Assembly: GCA_038496445.1 (NCBI GenBank)
Contig: JALMLS010000093.1
Location: 372,001 to 436,000 of the forward strand
DNA length: 64,000 nt
Direction of reading: 5' to 3'
From: Trichosphaerium sp. ATCC 40318
Taxonomy: Eukaryota > Protista > Tubulinea
This document shows, one piece after another, positions 54,276 through 64,000 of the stretch. The position numbers were made by a program, and so were the translations under genes. The notes under the pieces were generated by a model that was not told where the DNA came from, ran no database searches, and saw nothing but the letters and a program-made list of their open reading frames with translations. Positions within the stretch are counted from its first letter, which is position 1. Each line of letters opens with the position of its first letter.

Positions 54276-54658
54276 AAATACAAAACCAAACTAAACATGA
54301 ACAATGAAGACTAGACTTCTTGCTTTTTCTACCAAAAAAATAGCTAAAAACCCAATGTATTATTATTAATGTACAGATAGTTGTAAACTACCCCTTAAAA
54401 CAAAAAAATATAGAGTTCACTCATGAGTGTCATCGTTTTTTTTTAAAACTTTTAACATTGATAAAACGAATCAGCATTTATTTGTATTGTAGCCAACTAT
54501 TTATTACCATTTGAAGCTTCTTTGATTTATAAAATATCAATAGTATGGTCGCCTTGAGTAAACGCTACACCGTTCATCCTGTATGTATCCATTCGGTTGA
54601 GTTTTGAAGAAGGCTAGACTGTGCTCATTGTAAATATATGTCATCTTACGATATTTTC

Positions 54659-55373
54659 GTTTGTTTTCATCCAGATCCCTACCTGGTAGGTTAGGTTTGG
54701 CCGGCTGGGGTTTTTTTGATTTTTTTTTTTAAGGAGTACCAAAAAAAGTAACCTATGTTCACCGATGCAAGCACCCTGGTAGCCGCTAATAGAGTTGTTA
54801 CTTTTTTTTTATTTCTTGGTGTTTGAGACTGCCATGTCTACTTTCATCGGCCACTACGAAAGCTTTGTTGTCGCTTCGGTTAGTCAAACCGAAACTAATG
54901 GAGAACTACTTCCATCTGATATATAGAAGAAATTCATTTCGTTTTATACGCCTACATTCTGTCCAAAAATAAATAGTGGGATACACTTCACTGAAATATC
55001 CACTTGAAATACTCGAATATGGATAATGCACATTTCAAAATGCTCATAAAGGCTTGCGATAGCTATTTACATACGTGGAAACGTTATCAATGATGTTTTG
55101 GTTTGCAAAACATGCTACCAAGCGATAACTTCTGTTTTCTGGATGTATTGTCAATACATTCACTGAAATATCTATTGTAATTTGTCAAATATGGATAATG
55201 CACATTGTAAAAAGCCACAAACACTTGTGCTATGCGTTGCAAACCGTTTCAGCGATGTTTTTATTCCAAAAACGACTTTTACTTTTTTCAGGTTTGGGCT
55301 GCTAAGAACTAAATAGTGCTACTGTAACTTTATTTTAGCGTTAACGCGAACTACTAATTGGCTTTGTTTACTT
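54659..55373 (-). repeat. Copy 2 (inverted) of the 13633-14367 segment
   Basis: Reverse-complement identity read directly from the sequence. Confidence 0.95.
54741..54917 (-). ncRNA. Candidate structured ~177-nt ncRNA, copy 2
   Basis: Identical to 14120-14296; TATA at 54942-54948 and USE-like box at 54974-54981 on the minus strand. Confidence 0.6.
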
Positions 55374-55527
55374 GTGCCATTCCACAGAAATCTGCAATAT
55401 GAAAAAAGTGAAAGACGCAAACTAGGATTATTTCCTAACAGTTGTCTACAAACTCGTTTTTTCTTAATCTCAGTTAACTAATAAGAAATCAAGCTAATAC
55501 ATGTCCATCTTTAGTTACAACTAACAG

Positions 55528-55610
55528 ATAATAAAGTGAACAATATAACAGGTCAGATTCTTCAGATAGATGACACGTATGATTTCTAGTAGATGGTGCT
55601 ATCGCTTTGT
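55528..55610 (+). pseudogene. Decayed exon fragment of the PA-7TM gene at 10802-12863
   Basis: AATAAAGTGAACAATATAACAGGTCAGATTC..ATAGATGACACGTATGATT matches the reverse complement of 12420-12532, with at least three deletions and synonymous changes. Confidence 0.85.
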
Positions 55611-55630
55611 AAAGTAGATAGAAAACAAAT

Positions 55631-55701
55631 GGGACAATGGTGTAACGGAAGCACATGGCATTGAAGGTGCTGCAGTTCAGGTTCGATTCCTGGTTGTCCC
55701 A
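55631..55701 (+). tRNA. tRNA with GAA anticodon (nominally Phe), atypical body
   Basis: Acceptor GGGACAA/TTGTCCC; D stem GTGT/GCAC; anticodon arm TGGCA-TTGAAGG-TGCTG; T arm TCAGG-TTCGATT-CCTGG; discriminator A. Confidence 0.8.
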
Positions 55702-55706
55702 CATAC

Positions 55707-55793
55707 GCAGAGGTGCTCGAATTGGTTAATGAGGTTGTGCTTAAGACACAATGTGGTGAAAATCACGTGTGGGTTCGAATCCCACTCTCTGCA
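55707..55793 (+). tRNA. tRNA-Leu(TAA)
   Basis: Acceptor GCAGAGG/TCTCTGC; anticodon arm TTGTG-CTTAAGA-CACAA; long variable arm; GTGGG-TTCGAAT-CCCAC; followed by TTTTT. Confidence 0.95.
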
Positions 55794-56253
55794 TTTTTAT
55801 TTGTGCTTTCAACAGCAATAAGCACTGAGCTACAGCTGAAGAGCTGGTTTTTTGGCTTCTGAGAACTTACCATTCCAGGTTTGAGGTAAGAAAATCTGCT
55901 TGTTTGTCGTTCCAAAAATAGTAAAACGTCTTCGCACATTTCGAAAATTACATTTCTTAATTTAGCTTCTCTGTTAATTTTCTGACCATAAAAACAACTT
56001 GTACATGTTATATACATATAATATAGCGTATTTACGAAGTCTAACGCTCGTACATATTAGAGTAGCTTAAACAGATTTTGCAAGGTCTATCTTGTCGCTC
56101 AACGCTAAGCATTCCACGTAATCTCAGTACTGACGCTGTAAAATGGGTTAATCTTAGTTTTCTCAAAATAAAACCTTATTAAGCGTATTTACTGTTTTTA
56201 TCGCCTGTGCTGTACGTTCTCCTGTGTTAATACGCCCATTGCTTTAGTGCATA

Positions 56254-59200
56254 ATGACTACAAGCTGTAGTAAGAGCAGTTATCTATTACTCCAGGTACA
56301 GTTTGTTCTTTGCGCTCTTCTACTCTGTGGTGTTAGTAGTCAGGCTATTCAATCGAAAGGTACGTTTAATCAAGTTTTAATAGCTTCGGCTCGCTTTGTT
56401 CCGATAATTTCGAGTTCTTTTATCTCTAGCACCTCGCTAGTACGTCTAAACGGCGCCGGAATACCCTTTTTTCGGTATAGCACGCGCTTTAGATAAATTT
56501 ATCCCTAACCGGTTGAAAGTTTAATAAACGTACCAGTAACGCTTCTTGTAGGGTACAAGCTTGGTGGAGAAGACATAGTATGTTGGGAAACAGACACAAA
56601 TACGAACATAACGGTACGTTTTAATAAAAATCACCTAGACGCTTAAAAATACGGTTTACACTATCTCTTTATGATAGTATTTGAGTTTGGGATGAAGTTC
56701 CAAAATATCAGAAAACAATTTTAAAATGACAACCTTGTATAGGTTCTATTGAACAAATGCCCGCGTAATAGCACAGGAGGTAGTGTTTTTAATATAGAAT
56801 GGATATTAGAACCACCATCTGTCGGTATGAACGCAGGAGTAGGCGTAAACGTTAGTTTTGAGCTCAAAATTAATTTAACTGGGTTTGCTACGGTACGGCA
56901 AAGCGTTTTAATCAAAAAAAAAGGGAGAAAAATTGTTGACTTCTTTTTTAGGTTAATGATCTTCCTCTTGTTGATTTAGTCAGTTGTACCACTCGTATAG
57001 GGTTTTGTGAACCTATATATACTACTGATGGAGTCGATTATTTTACTTCAGAGCCACAATCCGGAAATCTCACAAATAATAATTTTGTATATTCTGGTAG
57101 TCTATCTCTACCTGGTGGTGATTACACGGTACACACCTTATAACTTCATTAGCCTTTAAGAGAAAAAATTGACACGTGGATTAAAGGTACTTGCACGTGG
57201 TAGAGTTGTAGTGCAGGGTGTGCCGACAATTGCGTATGACTTTGCAATTGGAAAAAATGTACAAGTTCAGAGTGCTCGTAAGTTACCTTCCGAGTGGCTT
57301 TTCTTTGAGACTATACTTTCTTACACGCTCACCTCTCTTAGGTGAACTTGTTGAAATTGATCGAGGTTATAAAATAGCCATATATACTTTAGTAGCATTG
57401 GTAGGCACACTGGCAGTCCTTTTTCTTATTTTGGTTGCCATTTATTGGAATCATCGCGTGCTACGAACTGCTAGCCCTTTATTCTGTATGCTAGCTATTC
57501 TTGGTGCTTTAATAGCATTGTCTAGTGTACCTATGTTCTCGTTTAGTGGTAAATATGTATGTTCCTTGCGTGTATGGCTTTTGGCTGTAGGATTCATTGT
57601 AGTCTTTGGGTACAACAATCATAGGTTTTTTTTGTTGGAGTTAATTTGTGTTTAGGTCTGTTTGGACCAAGACATGGCGTGTACATAAAATATATAGTAC
57701 GCATAAACTTTTCTTGGTTGTCATTGACAAATAAATAAGCGAATAAATCGATGGGAAAGAACAATATAAAGGACACTGAACTTTTACTTTGGCTTGGTAT
57801 TTTTTTTGCGCTTGAAGTTGTACGTATCTTTTTAGTATTTGGTGCTCTCATAGGAGTCCAAATTACTTTCTTTTATTGCTCGTTGACTTTGTGTATAGAG
57901 TATGTTGACTTTATGGACTGTTATTGAACCATCATTGGAGAATACTATTAGTGATAGAAGCAATAAGTTCTTCACTAAGGATTGCTCTGGGAATGTTGTT
58001 TTTACAGTTATAATTTTTGCTTGCAATGTACGTACAGTATTCTTCGTTGTCTAGTAATTTACTAATCTATTTTACATTAGGGAGTGTTCTTATTAGCAGG
58101 ATTAATACTTTCATGGCGTATTAGAAAGGTTGTAACTATTTTTAACGAAGCTGCTTGGATTGGAAGAATTGTATCCTTTTTTTTTCTTACTTTTTAAAAC
58201 TTTCATTGTGATTAGCTCCTTGACTATTTGTAAGCTGTGGAATATCGCTATTTTATCTATTATATCTATTACAATAGAATACGCATTAGATTTTCAGCCT
58301 ACAGCAATATTCGTAGCGCGCTCATTGGTACAAAGACAAGTATTGTTGCCTAATTTCTTATTTTTTTCTTAGGGTGTAGTAATGTCTGTTTTTGGTACCT
58401 TAGGGTTTTTGTTTGTACCAAAATTTGTTGCTATCTGGTCACTAAGGTATGCTAATAATTAAACAATGCCAATCAGAAACTAAATTCGATTTTAGTGAGA
58501 AAGAATTGCAAGAAGCAGGTCAAAGGTCTTTGCTAAATAAGAAAAAAAGAAGAAGCAACAACTTGAGTCAAATGAGTAACGAAAGTAATAACAGTCATGT
58601 CGCAGGAAGAAATAAGTATATTGTTAAAGAAGGAAGGTTACGTAATAGAAGAGTTGAAGAACAATTACGTGATGCACAAACAAAATTACATTTAATCTTA
58701 AAAAATCATCAAAATGGAAAGTTCTTAACAACAGAAGCAGTTACAGACTTTTACAACAGTGTAGCACCTTTCGCACTTCAGTACGTAGTACTATTACAAC
58801 AGTTACGCTATATCGATGCGACTTACAGTGACGTAGTTCTGAGGAGCGGAGAAGAAGCTCCTTTTCAATATCGATGAGAGTAGGTGAAGAAGAACAAAGT
58901 GTTCTAGTTGCTGCCCACAGACCACGTCGTCTAGACAGTAGAGGATCAAGACTAGGCGTTCATAGTGTTGTAGAGATAGGCTCAGGTTCAGAAAAGAGTG
59001 ATGAGGATGAATCTGCTGAAGGTATTGCTTATCTAACAAGAAAAGGATCTACATTAGCTTATCAGCAACAAACAAAACTAACAAGACATGTCTCTAATTT
59101 TACAAATACACCTGAACCTCTTGAAAAACAGAAAAATATGAGAAAGGATAAAAGAGAAAAACGTGCTAAAGCACGTAAGGAAAGAAAAGAAAAAAATAGC

Positions 59201-59458
59201 GATGCTGTTGAAGGTGATGTTAATGTTGAAAAGAAGAAAGAAAAAAAGAGTAAAGTAGAAGTACAAAACGAGGAAAAAGAAGGAAAAGAAGAAAATGATT
59301 CTGGTATAATGACAGAAGAAGATGAAGCTGTGGATGATGTCGAATCTGATGACAATGTTCAAGCAAATTTTGGTGAAATAGAAACAGCTGAACCAACAGT
59401 AGGACATCCTAATGTAGTATACGCTTCATCTAGTAGTGAAGAAGTTATGGATGTTTAA
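56254..59458 (+). CDS. Family 3 (GABA-B-like) GPCR with small ectodomain and long charged tail
   Basis: Signal peptide; VLRTASPLFC, CSLRVWLLAVGF, KTWRVHKIY, FNEA, WNIAIL, LFVPKF. Confidence 0.85.
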
Positions 59459-59800
59459 ACACGAATGTAATACAAGTTTTTATAATCTTTTTACTGGTAG
59501 TGTATACCACATTACAGCTAATAATGTTGTAACAGTAAAATAAAGTAAATATCACATAGACTACCATACTTACGACTTGTTACACACCACAGTAACTATA
59601 ATACAAGAACGCTATGCCTGGACTCAAAAACCAAACGTTAATGAATACCAAGCCTGACGGACTTGTGAAACTTGTCGAATTTTTTCAAATAAGAGAGCAT
59701 TACCAAGACGTAACTTTTCAAAACAACGTGACGTTGCTTTTTCAGTTAATGGAAAACGAATCTCAGAATATACTCCAACGACTACTATTGTTGTCACATT

Positions 59801-60954
59801 ATGGGAAGCTCTATTGCAAAGCTATTTGAGCCCGAACCATATAGAATATACATGACAGGCTTAGATTTTGCTGGAAAGGTAAAACAACTAATTCCACAAT
59901 AACTCACTATACGTAGTCTACGATCCTCAATGCGATGAACGTATGTTTTTGTAAACAATCAAGACAAAAATAACATGTTTATAGCTTGGCGAAATAGTAA
60001 CTACAATACCTACTATTGTGTGGCGTATCGAGAGCGTAAGGTTCAAGAATATACAGTTTATGGTTTGGGATTGTACGTTTTGGTTGATTTAAAATGAGTA
60101 TTCAACGCTTTATGTTTAATCAATCATTCGATTTTAGGCGGGAGAACACCTGTACGTATCATTATAGAGTTTGGATGAAAATGTTAACTGATTCTTTGAA
60201 GCTACGAGCATTGTGGAGAACAGAGTACAAAAAAGGTAATTTCCTGGATATTTTTTATTTGCTCTTACACAATGTGCATACATTCTTGGCAATCAAGTAT
60301 CATTGTGAAAGTAACACTGAAATCCACGTGATACAAAGGAGGTGAAAAAAAGCACGACTCCAATTGTTTTCGTTTTCCAGTTGCTACTTGTATACTAGCT
60401 CAAGCGAGTGATCTAAATAACCCGGTAGGCGTATCTGCAGTAATTTACGTCATTGATTCAAATGACAAAGAACGTATGGATGAAGTCAAGTCATTGATAC
60501 ATCAAGATGCATATTATTTTAAAGAAGAATTCAAGGATGCTCCAATGCTCTTTTTCATGAATAAGCAAGGTATATCACGTGTTGTACACTTAACGAACAT
60601 TATCTTATGTGAGTAGATTTACCAAATGCAATGAGTCCAGAGGAGGTAAGGTCGGTGTTGAAAAAAAAGGATGTTGGTTTTTTTTTCTTTTTGCATTTGT
60701 TATTTGTAAACTCTGTCAAAGGTTGCTGAGGCTGTTGGTCTACTCGATCTAAAAAATAGAGTATATAGAGTTCAAGCTTGTTCTGGTAAAAATCGTACAG
60801 GCATAAACAAGGTATGACAACGTTTAATTGGCAATCTTTGCGCTTTTGAAATTCGCAACTTTACTTTTTTTGAACACTAGCAGATTTTCTCACTTTATAG
60901 AAGGGTTTAGAGTGGCTTGGGGATGTATTAAGTAAAGGAACAGTTCATAGTTAA
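59801..60954 (+). CDS. Divergent ARF/ARL small GTPase
   Basis: MGSSIAKLF myristoylation start; [50 protein letters not shown]. Confidence 0.9.
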
Positions 60955-61479
60955 AGTAACTTTGACAAAAAATATTATAGAGCTAGTTGATCACATGCCT
61001 ACTTTGACTTCTGTTCTCTGACAATCTTTACTTTCTAATTGAAGCGACAATGGTGCCATCGTTCTTTGTAATGAATGAATATGTTTTGGATAAAGTGCTA
61101 TGAATAGTTTTTCAGCCTTCAGTAATGTCTTGCCTTCTGTGTTTTGAATGTTAACATCTATAAGAACTTTCCTTGTGGTTTGTAAAGAATCTTCTTCTAT
61201 TGTTTCAATCTTGTATTTAATCTTGATGCCCGTGACTCTTTTTGTTTTAGGCAGTCATTGCGTTGGTATTGTATCACGTGATTATGGTTTTCGTATCTTA
61301 AAAAGCCCTCGCTCTTCCACAATTCGTACGCTTCCTAACCTCGGAAAAAAGGATGGAGAGCTAAATGGAGCAAAAATAACCAAAAATTGAAATAAATTGA
61401 AAAAGTACTTTTGGTGAAAGTTTGTAAATTCACATTTCCAATTTGCCGCTAGCGTCAGTATTATACTCGCTATCTCCAA

Positions 61480-62583
61480 ATGAACGCTTTGACGCTCATA
61501 GTACTCTCCTTGTTTGTACTGTATGTTAACGCAGGACCTTTTACGCTACCACCACTAGAATATGGTTACGATGAGCTAGGTACGCTATTAATGCGTTTCA
61601 TAGAGGTATCGGCACTTATATTGATTTAGCGCCTGTCATTTCAAAAGATATCATGATGGTACATCACCAAGGGCATCACGCAGGATACACCAAGAAGCTT
61701 AATGCAGCTTTAGACGACTGGGATACCACCCAATCGAAAGAGGACATTGAAGCCATTTTAGGTACTTTGACGCCTGTATACTGCGGTTTTAACTCATTTA
61801 AGGTAACTTGGAGTCAATCAAAGATGAAGGCATTAGGTGCGGAGAAACTCATCCGGTATTGCGGCGATTACAACTAAAACGCGCATAGGACAAGAATACG
61901 TAACTTCGGCGGCGGTTTTTACAACCACGCACTTTTTTTCAGTTGTATGCAGCCACCTACAGAGAACAATAAGCCTACAGGAGACCTTGCTAAAGGTACT
62001 ACCGTGTCATACAAGTTACATCTCTAACAGAGTTCAGCAATCACCACTGACTTTGGATCTTTCGAAAAATTCCAAGGTGTTTTTTCAAAAGCTGCCAAAA
62101 CTCTCTTTGGTAGTGGTTATGCCTTTCTTTATTACAGCACAGCTGAGAAGAAACTTGTGGTATCTAAATTCAAGGATCAAGCTTCCCCTATAAACTCAGG
62201 TGACCTTCCACTTCTCTGTTTAGGTACCCTTTAACTTTTTTTTTCTTTTTTTTCGGTGAATTACGAAAAGTTTGTACAAAAAAATCCAACTGACAACTTT
62301 TATTTCTTTAAATTTTATGCTAAATAAATAGGTGTATATCGGAGCTTTTATTTTATATAATTTTGGAACTAAAGCGTGATGTCGATTCTAGCTTTTTACC
62401 TTTTTCTGATTTTGTGATATTTTTTTTTATTGATTCATTGTTTTAGATGTATGGGAACACTCGTATTATCTTCAATATAAGAACAAGCGTGCAGATTTTG
62501 TTGATGCTTGGTGGTCAGTTGTAAACTGGGACAAGGTGAATCAGTTGTACTCTTTAACAGCACAAAATAATGTTGAGTTATAA
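61480..62583 (+). CDS. Fe/Mn superoxide dismutase (Mn-type signatures) with signal peptide
   Basis: [49 protein letters not shown]; ends NVEL. Confidence 0.93.
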
Positions 62584-62804
62584 ACAACTAATAAAGATCC
62601 AACATTACGCACTTTTCTTTACAATGATTTACACAGGCTGTACTTCCTGAGACTATTAACATGGTGTACTATGTACTTCCATTTGTTACTCTGACCTTAC
62701 TCTAGCGTCAACAGGACTCCCAACAACTGTCTAATACAAGATTTTAAAACACTAAGGTTCTAAAAGCAATAATTTATTGAATAAGGATGTATCCTCGCTG
62801 AGTA

Positions 62805-64000
62805 CTACCCAATAATGTGTACGTTATATGCATCACCTCCAGCTATTAATTTATTTGATTTTGAATGCCAAACTGTTTCACTGATGACATCATTGTCCAC
62901 TACAACAATTAGCAACAATCAAAACATATATTTTCAGCTAGAAAATTTGTTTGGACGTACAAGGTAGTATGTGCACAACAGATTGATGGTACTTGTGAAT
63001 AAACAATACCCTTCCTTGAGCGCAACCAGTGGCTATAAATTTACCATCACTTGAAACACTTGGTCGCATCATGCAAATATGCTCTTTGGCTTCAGTTAAA
63101 AATTTTCCTAGCTCTTGGATTATAAACTGGACATGTTTAAACAAGGTACCCATTGATCCAAAGTGTCTTGAAAACACTATTGATGATGTATCAATATCAT
63201 ACAACATCGTTATGATAGGCGTATCAAATGATTGTCCAGGATCTTTACTTTTTTTACACCAACTAAGAAAACAAGTTAGGTTCAAGTTAGCAGCACAATA
63301 TTGTCAAATCTTGGTTATGCTTTTGATTGGCGTACTTGATTACAAGTTGCCTTGAGTCTGGTGTAAATGAGTAACCGAGTATAACTCCTCCAACACCCAC
63401 CTTACAACAAGACTGTACATCTGTACAATCAGATAACCATTCTTTTACGTTGTAGCAAATAATACCACTTTCTCCTTTTGTGAACCACATCACAGCTTGA
63501 TGTGAAGGTAAATATTTAAATATATGATAGGTATGTTGGTACCAAGAGTGGCACCATCTGGAGACACACACTTCATACGACTTATTTCACTGTCAAAGTC
63601 TTCAAATATCTTTTTGTGACCATATGTGCGTGTTTCTACATTGTACAAGTTCATACTTAATTTATCACCTGGTTCTAATAGAGAAGTAGTCACTAACAAT
63701 TAGCATTTTAAAGAGAACTTACCATTTATAATATGTGTGTTATCAAACCACGTAAATTCTTGCATCAGCAATGATTCTGCATTATAAGATGCTTCATGAA
63801 TTGCATACTGAGGCAACTTCTCTCCCTAGAAAAGAAAAAAATCAGATGGTTTTTTTTTTCTTCTTCTATTTGAACGTTTCCTTACATTTTTGTCACTTTG
63901 ATTATCATTGAATTTTATTACTTCCACTGTAGTACCATTATCTAATAACAAACCGAGATAATTACCATCAGGTGACCATTTATGAGTGAAATATGAACCC
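62805..64000 (-). CDS. WD40-like beta-propeller protein, 5' part outside the window
   Basis: WSPDGNYL, VSPDG, SFTPDSRQL, SSDGKFIATG, VWHSKSNKLIAGG. Confidence 0.7.

Overview
Gene-dense, AT-rich eukaryotic DNA with short canonical GT-AG introns (many GTACGT donors) and the standard genetic code. The gene content (receptor tyrosine kinase, GABA-B-like GPCR, PA-7TM family, intronless LRR and MORN genes) suggests a protist, most plausibly an amoebozoan (inference). About 25 protein genes were reconstructed by hand, so exon boundaries are approximate. The window also holds a tandem tRNA pair and several gene relics. Main highlights: (1) an unidentified ~177-nt multi-hairpin non-coding unit with a U6-type promoter layout (USE-like box, TATA, T7 terminator), present in two identical inverted copies 40 kb apart inside an otherwise decayed duplication; (2) a protein with four ~65-aa DDWY repeats and a C-terminal PD-(D/E)XK-type nuclease domain, head-to-head with a MORN2/YwqK-like gene; (3) a dicistronic pair of an atypical tRNA(GAA) and tRNA-Leu(TAA); (4) strong enrichment of CACGTG across the whole window.
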